64,000 bases of DNA from Lama glama (GCA_028534125.1 CM052829.1:930001-994000); one strand, 5' to 3'. Numbered from the stretch's first letter, positions 12,185 through 24,600 are shown. The notes: generated from the sequence alone by a model not told the origin. Program-made: numbers and translations.

Positions 12185-12573
12185 TTCCGTTGAAGCAGAA
12201 TCAGTTTGCAACGTCGTGTTAGTTCCAGGTGTGCAGCATGGCGACTCGGTGGTGCAGACATGGTCTGTTTCAGACTCTTCTCTGTGGCAGCTCATCACAG
12301 GACACCGCGTACAGCCCCCGTGCTCTGCAGGAGGTCCTTGTTGCGCACCTGTTTTGTCCACAGTCGTGTGCCTGCCGATCCCAGACATCCCTCCCTCCCG
12401 TCTCCTCTTTGGCAACCATACGTTGTGCTCTGTGTCGGTCAGTCTGCGTCTGTCGTTCTTTGTACCTTTTTTCAGATTCCACATGCGAGCGATGTGTGAA
12501 ATAATACCATTTGCAGCAACGTGGATGGACCTAGAGATGATCATATGACGTGAAGTAAGTCAGACAGAGAAAG
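12185..12573 (-). mobile_element. 5'-inverted, truncated cetartiodactyl-type L1; 3' end on minus strand 12185-12493, inverted piece on plus strand 12497-12573
   Basis: Homologous to the reverse complement of the L1 at 15378-15930; plus piece TGAAATAATACCATTTGCAGCAACGTGGATGGACCTAGAGA...CAGACAGAGAAAG; degenerate TSD TGATTCCACAGCTT / TGAATCTTAGCTT. Confidence 0.85.
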
Positions 12574-14770
12574 TGAATCTTAGCTTTCACCCTAAGCCCT
12601 GAGCCAGCCAGTCCGTCCTGCAGGGGACGTCTCTAAGGGCAAAATCCTCCTAAGAAATCTGACCGGGCTCTTTGTTCCTCGGAGCAGGGCGTCCGGACAG
12701 TCCTCCAGCCACGGCTCACACAGGTCCAGAGGCCGCTGTGAGCACCGGCAGCCCAGTGGGGCGGACTTAGAACCCCCCCCGAGTGGGAGTGGGATGAGGA
12801 GGGGTGGAGGGGACCCAGGCCGCTGCTCTTGGGTTCCCCAGCTGTCCTGAAACAGCTTCCCACGTCGTGAGCGCCATGACGTCAAAACAGGAAGGAATCC
12901 AAAGAAAGCACACTTTCTGCACCACATTGAACTCACATCCTTGGAGAGCTGGTTGCCAGGGACGCCCTCCCAGGCCAGACCGGTGAGGCAGCTGGACTTG
13001 GCCGTACAGGAGGTGGCCTGGTGCTAGTGCTAAGCGGAGCAGCTGGACCCACCGGGCCCTCGGGGACGCGGCTCAGCTGGCCCGTGGGGGGCAGCGCAGC
13101 GCGCCCGAAGCTCTGCACCTCCTCAGACGCAGAGTGAAGACGGGCGTCCCTGCGGGGCATTTGGAAGCCTCACTGGGTGCAGCTCTGTCTCTGGGGGCGC
13201 AGCAGGGAACGGCGCTTTGTCTCCAGGGGTCACCCGAAGTGTGTCTTCAACACGCTTACCTGTCAGTCCAGATGTGTGTGCACGGTGCTTGCGGCCTCGG
13301 CCGACGCGAGGCTGTCCTGTGCGGCCTGCTTGTCAGCTCATTTGCCTTAGTGAGGCGACTGCATGGTGCTTTGTGCACACTGGATTTTTAAAGGTTTTTA
13401 TTATGCGTTATATCAAATTTACCACTGAGTGGAAATTAAACTATGTAGTTTTTAGATGTTGTAATATTTCTTCATAAATCCTATATGTAAAAAACCTCTA
13501 AACTCTTCAAAATTAAGACAAAGGCATGAACAACGTGCAAATGAAACTAGTTGGTGCATTTTTGGTTGGCCGCCCTCTCATTTCTTTCTCATGAATCTTC
13601 AAAGTAAAGTGTGGCGCTGAGCAAGCTCATTTCCACAACCTGGTCCCCACTTGCCAAATGCCCCAAACCCACCTGACAGGACGCTGTCCCAGCAGCAGAA
13701 GCAGGTGGCGCCTGTCACTGGCCGGAGTGCCAGGCGCTCGTGACCCTGGGGCCCATTCGTCACCGCGTCCTCATGCTCCTTGTCATCCGTGTCAGCTCGC
13801 CGAGGACCGCGTGTGACTGGTGCCTTTTTATAAACCAAAACGTGGCTTTAGCGCCGTCGCGCAGTTTGGGACCTGGTGGATGTTAAACATTTGCAAAGCC
13901 GTGCCTGATGCAATCACTTCTGGGTCAGAAATGACTTTAGGGGCAGCAAGGGAGGGAAATGGAGCCGGCTGGTCAAAAACCTCTGTGGCCCACCTGTCGC
14001 AGGAGCACGGGCTGTGAGGGGAAGGCCCGCTGCCGCCCCCAGGGGCTTCGATGTATGTGCACAAAGTCCAAGTCAAGCTCTGCTTAATGCAACGTCCTCA
14101 AAATACCCGATACCTTTTTTAACACATAGAATTAACTTCTGGGGTCCTGAGATTTACAGAAGTGTTCAAAAACGGAAATCCAAAATATGAAAATTACTTT
14201 AAAACTCCTGTTTGGAGCATTTGTCTTTGGGGGAGGGGTATAAAACAAAGAAAATACTTAGTTTCTAAGTGTGAACACAGAGCATGTGGTAATAGATTTG
14301 ATGTTTGCAGTCAGATAAAATGTGGCATGAAGTCCCGGTCACGTTAGGTACAAATGATCCCAAAGTCGCATGGTGAATTATAATCAGTATTATTTCCTTA
14401 CAGTCAAGACACACTGTTTAATTTTCCTTTTAAAAAAAATCCTGCAGTATTTATATACAATTCAAGTCTGCCTCTCTTCCTGATACCACGCCCATGTGAG
14501 TCCTTGGTCTCGGACACACGTTAAAGCAGCATCTCACCCCGCACGTGCTGCACCTGCTGCCCAGCGCATGGTCCCCCGCCTGCGGCCGCCTCCCACCAGG
14601 GCTCTCTTCCCTGCCCTGGGGTCGGGGAGACGAGGTAGTAGAGGAGGGAGTCCCAGGGCAGGGTGAGGACCCTCAGCGAGACGGGCAGGAGACTCTAGAA
14701 GAAAGGTGCTTGCGGCCGAGATCCGATGCTGAGGTCGGAGAAGCAGGTGATCGGAATGAGATGACTGAAG

Positions 14771-15264
14771 TGCCTACGGGTTCCCTGCGGTGGCTGTGAC
14801 AGGTCCGCACGCACTGCGGCTGAGAGCCACGCACACCCCGTCTCTTGCAGTGCTGGGGCCAGAGCTCCAAACCCTGGCTGTCAGCAGGTTCACTCCTTCT
14901 GGACCCTTCGTGGGGGGTGTGGGGGGAGTCTGTTTTCTTGTCCTTCCCAGCTTCGAGGGGCCTCCCTCAGCCCTGGGCTGACGCCCTCCTCCATCACCAG
15001 GGTGCGTCCTTCCGTCCCCCGGTCCTCTGGTCTCATCCCCCTTTTCCTACTTGTACCTTCTGGCACCTCCCACGTGAGGGCCTGTGGTTATAGTGGCTCC
15101 ACATGGAGGACCCGGGACGACCCCCCACCTTACCGGGACCGCTCGGCTTGGCCCCTTCATCTCATCTCCACGCAGAGGCCCTCTTGCCACATAAGGTGGC
15201 CCATTCACATTCCAGGGTGTGTAAGACCTGGGCAGCTTTGGGGAGCATTGCCTGGCCCCCAGCA
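14771..15264 (-). mobile_element. ERVL-MaLR LTR (MLT1D/E-like)
   Basis: TTGCAGTGCTGGGGCCAGAGCTCCAAA...CCTTCCCAGCTTCGAGGGG...CTTGCCACATAAGGTGGCCCATTCAC...TTTGGGGAGCATT typical of antisense MLT1. Confidence 0.7.
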
Positions 15265-15377
15265 GAGTCAGGAGGGAGAAACAAGTATGGTGGCCTCTGG
15301 GATCATTGTAGATATGATTCTTCTGTTCCTACAAGCTTTTCAACAGTCTGTTGAGATGTCTGAGATTCAACACTAAG

Positions 15378-15930
15378 TTGAAAAGACACACACACCCCCG
15401 TGTTCACAGCAGCACTACTGCAACAGCCCAGACGTGGAAGCACCTTAATGTCCATCAACAGATGACTGGATAAAGAAGCTGGGGTGTGTATGCATAATGG
15501 AATATTACTCAGCCACGGAAGAATGGAATTCTGCCCTTTGCAACATCATGATGGGCCCAGAGATTATTATGCTTAGAGAAATAAGTCAGACAGAGAAAGA
15601 CAAATATTCTATGTTATCGCTTGTATGTGGGATCTAAAAAAATAATTTAAATGAATGTAAATGCAAAACAGAAGCAGACTCACAGACACAGAGAACAAAC
15701 CCATGGTTACCAAAGGGGAGGAGGGGGGACAAATTAGGGGGATGGGTCAAGAGATGCAAACCACTGTGTGTAAAAGAGATAAACGACAAGGTCATACTGC
15801 ACAGCACAGGGAAGCACAGCCAACACCCTGAATAACTTGGAATGGAGTATGGTCTGCAAAAATACTGAACCACTGTGCTGCACACCTGCAGCTAATATAA
15901 TACGGTAAATCAACTGCACCTCAATGAAAA
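15378..15930 (+). mobile_element. L1 3' end (ORF2 C-terminus and 3' UTR), cetartiodactyl-type
   Basis: GTGTTCACAGCAGCACTA...ATGGAATATTACTCAGCC...GAAATAAGTCAGACAGAGAAAGACAAAT...GGTTACCAAAGGGGA...AAATCAACTGCACCTCAATGAAAAA. Confidence 0.9.
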
Positions 15931-17746
15931 AGGGTTTGAGGTTTAAAACAATTTCACTGGCTCCACAGCAGGAAAGGATCGCTGCAAAATTTAAATGAGT
16001 GAAGATTTACTCAGCCCTCTGCAGAACCCCCACTTTATGTGTTTACAATCTGTCATCCCACTTAAAACACCTTGTAGGTTAGATCGCCTTACTTTTCGAT
16101 AATTCCCCAAATAGACTGAAAGATTTAGTAACACATCGTGGAAAACTATCGATTGAATGCATTGTCATGCCAATCCTCTGGAAATACTTTTAAAACCTCC
16201 TACAGTTTTTACAGTCACAGCACAGTGTTTACAGATGTGGCACGAAGGTGAAGTTTTAAGCTTTTCCTGAAACGTGCAGGAGGGGTGCTCCGTAGCCGGA
16301 GCAACTGGCTCAGGACAACACACAGCAGCATGCGGTTGTCCAGGACGGAAGGCCCAGGGCATAAAAAGTTCCTCCACCTGGACGGGGCCTCACCTTCTCC
16401 CATTTACCACCAGCCTTATCCTTTCTGCAAAAAACAAAAACAAAAACAACACAAAAAACATAAAAAGTTAGAGTAAATAGTGAGATCAACCTGTGTGTCT
16501 GCAGATCAGCCCATCCGGTGCCATCACTGTGAGCGATTAAAACCTGTTCACTCGTGTAAGATTTGAACTCAAGGTGCAAACATCTTTTCATCACTCACAT
16601 ACCTCAAAAAACAAAACCAAACCCAAAAGGCAGCACCACTCTCCCCCAGGAGAGCTGCTGCTTCATCGCCTGCCTGGAAGCCCAGGAAGACGGGAACTTT
16701 CGGGAAACCCAGGGCTCCTGACCCCAGGACGCAGAAGCCACAGGTGACACCTGGCCCTGGACGGGGTGCTTCTGGGACACCTTTGTGACCCTAGTCTGGT
16801 GTCATGTGTCCTGAATCTGGAACACCATTCGAGTGACAGATAAACACTCGAGAATCCTGGTGTGAACATCAGACTGGATTTTCTTCCAGAAGAAACAACA
16901 AAAGCCACAGACAGGGAAACAGAAAAAAATCAGACAAGAAGGCCTTCAGCACTTAAGAGTCTAAGCTTTATTTTCAAGCGTTTTGCATCAAAGTTGTGAG
17001 CAGAGCCCCAGAGCGTTGCTTTTCCCTCTGCGGCCGCTTCTCCGTGACCCTTTCCTGCGGTGACTCTGACCAACGGGCCCTGACCTCACTTCTGATTTTG
17101 CAAAAGCTGAGTTTGCACATGAATCACCTTTTAAATACTAACTAACTCCGCAAGCCTTTCCACTACTAAATCTGTCTGTTTTTCAGCAGTTAAGCCTGCT
17201 AGTGTGCCAGGAAAGAGGTTTCTTTCTATTAAAGAAAACAAATCACTAATAGAAATGCAGAAAACACACGGAGGCCTTATTTTTAGCACTTGTGGACATT
17301 TTATTTTCTTGTAAACTGCAGGCATATGTCGCGCCTTGACAACTGCTTTTTACGGAGATGGAAAAAGAAAGGAAGAAAGAAAAGGAGGAGCAGCGGGAAG
17401 TAGACGACGGAGGCCCACGGAGCCCCGCAGCCAACGCGTCTTTCCCGGCTCCGGCGGGGCGGGGCTTGGGTGCCGCCTGCTTCCGCGGCTCCTGTCGCCC
17501 GGCTGCCTGGGAGAACCTTGCATCCGACACGGAGACGACGCGAGCAGCCCTGCGAATGAGCCTGGAGGCGCCTCAGACCCCCCGGCGGCTCCGGGCGTAA
17601 ACCTTGTCAGTGCAGGCACAGCCCTCGGCCACCCCTGGGGCCCCCGGTCGCCGTGTCCACTTACTGGAAGCAGCACGGGCACGTCACGGGGTCGATCTGC
17701 GAGCAGCCCATGAATAACAGTTCCCAGAAGCGCGCGTTTCTGCTTG

Positions 17747-17909
17747 AGGCCACCCCGCTCCTCCCCAGGTCACCCCGCCCCTCCCCAGGTCACCCCTGCT
17801 CCCCCCAGGTCACCCCGCCCCCCCGGTCACCCCGCCCCTCCCCAGGTCACCCCTGCTCCCCCCCAGGTCACCCCGCCCCTCCCTAGGTCACCCCGCCCCT
17901 CCCCAGGTC
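17747..17909. repeat. ~20-bp minisatellite (VNTR), about 8 units
   Basis: Units AGGTCACCCCGCCCCTCCCC with variant AGGTCACCCCTGCTCCCCCC. Confidence 0.9.
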
Positions 17910-18409
17910 CTCAGGTGGTGAATCTCGCCCCGGACGTCAACGGCGTCTTCGTGGGAGGACACTCTGGTCGGAAATGAAAGCGGTCCCCGTGTCCCACCGA
18001 CAGACGGGCTATTCGTCTCCGAGGATGAAGTGCAGGGCCAGGATCGTGCCCGCGGCTGAGAGCGTCTGTGCAGCCGACAACAATGGGCTCTTTGTCGCTG
18101 GCCGGGGCGGGGCTAGAGAGGGCCCATGTTGTGCCCCTCCAAAAGAGACGTGGGTCACCACCACTGTCCCCAAAAGGCCATGGCCTCACCAGCCATGACT
18201 CACGAGTCCGGCCTGGAGCTCTGACTCCAGAAATAATGCACCCGGGCTGGCTGGTGGCAGCAGCCCCGAAGGAGCAAACATTTACCCCAGAGGCACGTGT
18301 GAGCCTTGCCCGCAGCATCGGAGGGGCCGTCGCCGGCTTCCCCACGCCCGGTGCCCAGGCTGTGGCCGCAGTGCGTCGGGGTCCCTCCCTCTGCCCGACC
18401 CTCACACTG

Positions 18410-18560
18410 TCCTCTCTTGACTTTCCAAACCGTCCCAGCAGGGAGGACTGTCGCCCTCATTTAAAAATTACAACACACACACGCAGGTTCAAAAGGAGCA
18501 AATGACTTTCCCAGAGGCCTGCAAGTGAGACAGGCAGGAGCAAGGCCAGACCTGGCGAAT
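18410..18560 (-). mobile_element. MIR fragment
   Basis: CCCTCATTTAAAA...AGGTTCAAAAGGAGCAAATGACTTTCCCAGAGG resembles the antisense MIR core. Confidence 0.45.
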
Positions 18561-18965
18561 CTGAACCCGCCCCCGCTTGGATGGGGAGCTCACGGTGACC
18601 TGGGCCAACGGGTCGCAGGTGAGCAGGACCAGGAGGGCGGGACCGGCAGCTCTGGTTTCGCGGCAGATCTGCTCGGGGTGGAGCTGGCCCAGCCCAGAGC
18701 GCAGAACCGGGGGCACCCTTCCGTCCGGCGCCTGAACTGCGGTCCCGGGACCTTTGGCTCTGCGGCTCCTGCCAGCAGAGGGGAGGAAGCCGAGCAGCTC
18801 TCTGCTCGCAGCCCAGGAAACAGCAGGTGAGCAGTTAACCCCTCCCGCAAGCAGCAGGGGAATGTGTTTGCTCCTTCAGCTCCTGTGGACCGGAGCCGCA
18901 GGACAAGCGCCGGCGGCTGGGTGTCCCCCAGCAGCGTCCTCGGAGCTGCCGGCACGGCGCGGCGC

Positions 18966-18983
18966 GGCCTCCAGGGGGCGCTG
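18966..18983 (+). promoter_or_regulatory. CTCF motif (forward orientation)
   Basis: GGCCTCCAGGGGGCGCTG. Confidence 0.55.
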
Positions 18984-19847
18984 CCTCGTCGCGGAAGCCG
19001 CTCCGGCCGCCGCCCTCGGGTTCCCTCCCCGCCGCGCGTCCCCGAGGCCGCCGGCCGCTCGGTGCCCAGCGTCACGGCGGCACGTCCTCCGCGCCTCCGC
19101 ACCTGATGCGTCTGCAGTTGCATGACTGTCCTCCCCGTGGGCCCAGGCTCTGCCGCCGATGACTTAGGGAGCCCTCTGCGAGAAATGAGGCCGAAGGCAG
19201 CGACAGTCAGGGTGAAAGCGAGCGTCCGCTTACGTGCGGGAGGACTCAACAGATTACGCAGCTTTGAAGCCGGACGGGCGCTCCAGGCCTCACCGAGCCC
19301 TGGGGGCCGGCGCCTGCTGCGGTCACCGCTAACAGGCCCGGACCCCCGCCCCGCGCCGCGCGCGTCTCCTCGGGCGCCCACGGGGACCTCCCTGCTTTAA
19401 TGTCTCTCCGCTCAGAGAACAGGAGGAGAGCCGAGCTCCCGCATGTGCAGGAGGCCTGGTCTGCTGCCACTAACTGCCGGCCGTAAGGCGTGGGCCTCAG
19501 GCCGCAAGCACTTGCTTCGCGGGCCCCGTGAAGTCTGGCAAACACGCCGCGTCCCGCGCGCGAGGCGAGCCGCGCGGCCCCGGGACGGGCCCCCAGGGCG
19601 CGGGCCTGCGGGGTCGGGGGGGGGGCAGCCCTCGCCGTCCGCTCCGCGGGGGCTCTGCGCCCCTCCGGGCTCACGAACGAGACAAGCCGAGGCGCAGCGG
19701 GGCGGCGCCGCGTGAGCCACGTCAGGACCCGCCCCCCGCCCCCCGCAGCGCGCGCTGGAGCCCGAGTGCAGGGAGGGCCCGGGCTCTGTGACCTGCGTCT
19801 GGGGAAACCAAGGCCTTTCCCGGGAGACGAGACACACGCACACACTC

Positions 19848-19861
19848 CCTCTGGGTGGCGC
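19848..19861 (+). promoter_or_regulatory. CTCF-like motif (forward orientation)
   Basis: CCTCTGGGTGGCGC. Confidence 0.35.
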
Positions 19862-21389
19862 CGAGCTCTTCCTATAAACTTCTTGTCTCCTTCCTCCAAG
19901 AGGTTTCGGTTCCATGTTTACGTGAATGAAGTGTTACTACAACACAGGGCATATTTTACACAATTAAAACTGAAGTGTTTGATTGCTGTCTGGGGGCAAT
20001 AAATTTCTTACTGGACACCTGGCGCCTCGTCTACACGTCCTCACGGCCCCCAGTCGCTGTCCCAGCCCCACCGGCCTTGTCTTCCATAATTTGCCGACAG
20101 GCCGGTCTGTCTGCGGTCGGTGCTCGCCCATGCCGTGGGGCCCGGGGGGAGGCTGACACGTTCACATCTTCTCTTCTCCTTCCCGACGCTGTAGGGATGG
20201 TTTGTATATGAACCACGGGCATCTGCTGCTCGTGGACCTGTCAGAGCTGACCCCGGCATCACCCTCACAGGATGCTGTGGCCGCAGTCCAGACCGCTGGA
20301 GAGCCCGCCCCCCCCGCCCCCCCCCCCCCGCCGACGCCCAGACTCCAGTCCCTGTGCCCCCACCACGCCCTCCTTGTCTGCAGGGCGCCCTGTCAGCGGG
20401 CAAGGCTGCCGAGCTCTCGCAGGCTTGTGCGATCTTCCCTGGCTCCCTTTCCTGTGGACTAGAGCCCGATCTTTTTTACAGGTTGTGAAGACCCTACAGA
20501 AGCCCCTGCCTGTCTCTACAGCCGCTCCCCTCCCTCCTCTCACGCTCACGGCAGATCCCTCACCGCCCATCAGAGGAACAGCCCCCAAGGACTGCAGCTC
20601 AGCTGGGACCGCATTCGTTTCCTCATGGAATGGAGAAGTCTCATCTGAATTTTATTTTCACATCTAACTCCATGACAACATGACCTTCAGCTCTAACCTG
20701 TCTACCCCGATTCCGAGTACAGTGCCCATCTCAGCCGGACCTCAGTGAGGAAACTGTCGGAGAAGTTAATGAAGAAATGAACGTGCGTGTGATCGGTGGG
20801 TACTGAGTGATCGGCCGGCCTGTTCACGGCAGCACAGGATAATCACCCACTAGTAAGCGGGTGGACCACTACGTCAGAGCCTGGGCCCTGCCCTGAGGTT
20901 GTTCCCTCGTAACCAAGCCCTGTCCTAGGGAACTGGCCAGTGTAACTGCCACGAGTAAGTCCGCGCGGTGCACTCCCTGAGCGCTTGCTGGACGCCTGCC
21001 GCCGTGATGCTTGGAGGATGGGGCTCACGGAGAAGGTGAGACTGGACCGTTCCCGGGGTGAATGAGGCTCATCCAAGCTGACCTGTGAGCACAGAAGTGA
21101 GTGCAAGGAAACAGCCAAGACGGACTACCACAAAGTTCAGACAGCTTAGGGCCAAACGCAGGAGCGACGGGAGCTCAGAGAAGAGCGAAACAGCTTTGCA
21201 GTGAACGAACATTTGCAGACCGCAGCGGACACCAGGCTGCGTGCACAGCCTTTCTGCTGTGAGGACTCCCAAGGTCAAAGGTGAGCGCCAGGACAATACT
21301 TCTCAGCGCGCCTCCCCTCCTCTGGGCCCACCACCCACTGCTCTGACCCATCCCGCCCACGTCTGTTCCCTGATAACAGTGAAAGCAAT

Positions 21390-21620
21390 AACGTTGACAG
21401 TCACCATCACTCGTCAGCGCTGGACCTCGTGGTAAGTGTTTTATGCGCACTTGCTCGCTCAGTCCCTGCCAAAACAACAAGTCTACGAGGGAGGTAACAG
21501 TACCGAAGAGGGGACGGAGGCACACAGCGGTCAGTGACCCTGCCCGAGGTCGCGTGGCTCCCACCAGGCGGAAGAGGGGGTTCAGCTATCGCGGCTCTGG
21601 AACGTCTGCCTGGAGGGTCT
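21390..21620 (-). mobile_element. MIR, GC-shifted
   Basis: GACGGAGGCACACAGCGGTCAGTGACCCTGCCCGAGGTCGCG corresponds to the antisense MIR core (AACTGAGGCACAGAGAGGTTAAGTGACTTGCCCAAGGTCAC). Confidence 0.6.
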
Positions 21621-24600
21621 CAGGGGCTCCGACCACACGGGGGTCTGAGGAGTGTTCCCAAAGCTGCTTGCACAGCAGCTTTGATAAAATCAAGATGATG
21701 TCAACTGCCCTGAGGAACGAATGGACCCACGAGGGAGGCTGAGGGAAGTCTCGGGCTGCGAGCTGCGTCCTTCCACCCTCCATGACGTGGTGAGTTCTCA
21801 GCGCACTCTCCTGAGCCCGTTCCTACCACTGTCGCTCCACCAAGGAAGCCGACGGAGGCACTCGAGATTTGTGCAAGACCGTCCTGTAAAGGATGAGTCA
21901 AAGCCTGGCTCACGTTTAGAATTTTAGTACCCAGTCCGATCTGCAGAACTGGATAGGAAACAGATGCTGGGATAAAGCACTTGGTTAAATTTAATTTCAG
22001 TATTGGATTTAGTATGACTTTCTTTGGCTCATGCTCCAAAAGTTTGCATCATCTCTAAATACATCTAACTCCTGGATATGTAGGTTACCAAAAAATGTGC
22101 TTAACTGCCATCACTTACCCCCAGCCGTTAATAATTGACAGATACCAACATGAGGCAGTAATTTGGAATATTTCTTAAACTTTCCATTTATTATAACTTG
22201 AACTTTATACTTGTAAATGTTGAAATTGACATTGGTAAGCTCCCGCAGTACAATTTTCTCTATTTAGACGCAGTTTGAAGAGTCCTTTTAAAAACTTCTC
22301 TGACCAGCTCAGCGATTCCTGAACCTTCTCTGGTGGGCGGGTGGGTTAGGTTTCCCAGCAGTCACCATCCGAAGTCAGCTCTGCTGTGTGTTTGCTGTTT
22401 TATTACAGTGATTAAAATACACGTTTTTAGGAAGGTGTGTCTTTTTCATGTGTATCATTTTTTAAAAACATTCATGATGTACGTTGAGAAAATGGAACTG
22501 GTGACTGGATGGTCAGTTAGTGGTGAGTTAATTCTGCGAAGTGCGCAACAAGTCGCTCTCCACCGGAGGCACGTGCACCGAGCACCTGCAGCAGGTCAGC
22601 TGCGTGAGGACGTGACCCCATCCATCGTCCCTCCCTTTCTCTCTCCCATCGTCCTCTTTCTCCATCAACTCTTCTCCATAGGAAAAAAAAAAGTCAGATG
22701 TTTATCCCCAAGTGTCTTTTCCGTGTCTGGGAGGCAAACATGGGACAGATCTTACCCGGATCAGAGGAACGTCAGTGTAGACAATACCCGGAGAGTTTCA
22801 ACAGTCATTCGGTTACTCTGTTTCCTTTCCATCAGTCTGTAGGATTGTCTGCAGAACCCCGTAAAGCATTTCCAGATGAGATACAATGTTCCTCTCGCAG
22901 CAGCCGGAGGTGCAGCCCCTCTGGAAGACAGGCAGCGTCTCCCTGTCGCACTCGTCCTACTAGGCTTACAGCACACCTGCAGCGCAGCGTGGGGGCTGTG
23001 TCTCCAGCCCAAGCCGTGCACGCTGACTTCGGTCTCAATCCAAGGAGTTTTGGCTTATGGCTACTTGTACTTGGCGCCTGTGACACAGCAGCGCTGATCT
23101 CCCTGAGCAGCCAAACCCGGCTCCCTGGTGTCCACGCTCTGACCCGCTCCTGGACGGGACGTCCAGCTCAGGTCTCCTTCTGACCCATTGCAGAGCCTTA
23201 GCAATGACACTTTGCAGGACCGGTGCATTGCACACAACGCAGAAAGCACCTAAAATAAGACGTGAGCCTAGAGCGGGCTCATACCGCAGCTGCCAGAACA
23301 CACCTCCTTGGCCAACCACCAGCAGCTTGAGGGCCACCTGCCTCTAAAAGCTCCTCCTTCAGGTGGCCCGCACCTGGAGGGACCAGTGTCCTAGGAGTTC
23401 ATCGGATTGACTGGCTCTGTGAGCCTGGCTGGCATGACTGCCCAGGGAGGATGGCATGGCGGGGCCAGAGAGCGTTTTGGAGAGCAGACCAGGAGAGGCT
23501 GAGCAGACCGAGCATGTGGCGGGCATCAGAGATGAAAAGTGCAGTGACTTAAAAGCAGATCGTTTCTAGTTAAGTCCCTGGGGGAGGATTCTGCTCCTAA
23601 AATCTCAAAACAGCACGCTCAGGTCCACAGGGAAAAAATGTAAAATTCAGGATGAGGCATAATCTTCCAGGGTTCTCATCCATGTGGGTGATTTTTCTTA
23701 GAAAGAAAAGACTAAGAAATTATTTAACTCCCCCCAGAGTCCTAACTTAAGAAATTCATCTCACACTTGGTGTGTTGCGGAGCCACCACTGCCCGTTGTC
23801 GCCTTCCTTCCAGATGAGTCTGCATAAAGGGGGTGTCTGGGGGGACGTGCCACAACCACCCAGCACCTAGTTGGTGGGCAAGGTGGTTGGAGGCGGTGTG
23901 GGGGCTGCCGCTCATTCAGGGCTGCACCTGATGGCCTCCAGGGGCAGTTACTCCCCAGCAGCTGGTCAGGCTCTGAAGGGCCGAGGCCACGGTGAGTAGA
24001 AACTAAGAGATCCCAGAAAGAGATTTTAGCATTTCCCGACTCAGGTTGTTTGGGGAACAGTGCCAAACGCTTGGGCCCTTTCTATAAAAATTTGAAAAAG
24101 GAACTTTCTAGGAAGAGAGCTTCCCGCCAGGAGGTGCTGGCTCCTGTCGTGGTCACTGATCCGCGCTGGGTACCAGGGAATAGGCTGCAGGAGGGACAAG
24201 TGGCCGACCGACGGCTAGTGACCTGACGAGAGCAAGGGGACGCCGCCCCGCAGCGTGTGTACAAGAGAAGGTCGCAGCCCAGCACCTGCAGGCAGCCGAC
24301 CGGCTGTCCGGGTTTGCCTGGGCTCAGAGGGTCCCCGAACACAGTGTGTTCGGTGCGGAGAGCGGCCGTCCTGGAGGGTCGGTCAGTGCCAGGGAGGGAG
24401 GCGACCTTCTCACGCCCCTGGGTCAGTGGACTGAGGGCAGCAAACCCTGTTGTTTCAAACGTTATACTAAAGAGACTGGAATAAGGGCTCCTGTTCATGT
24501 ACTTCCCTTCGGGTTTCTTACAAAAACACGCTCCCTCTTATTCTGCATTTTCCAACACACGGTATTGAGTTGGTCTGCCAGAACTCAGCAGAACCGCTGA

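Larger units (their letters stand above)
18630..19870. promoter_or_regulatory. Strong CpG island (candidate promoter/enhancer)
   Basis: Very dense CpG over ~1.2 kb; GC boxes; CCACGTCA near 19718; TATAAA at 19873-19878 at the right edge. Confidence 0.75.

Noticed and set aside
18590-19915. Overlapping 160-260 aa ORFs in the CpG island (likewise at 10.4-11.3, 46.3-47.1 and 60.2-61.3 kb)
   Set aside because: Arg/Pro/Gly/Ala-rich, open in several frames on both strands: the expected stop-codon scarcity of very GC-rich DNA
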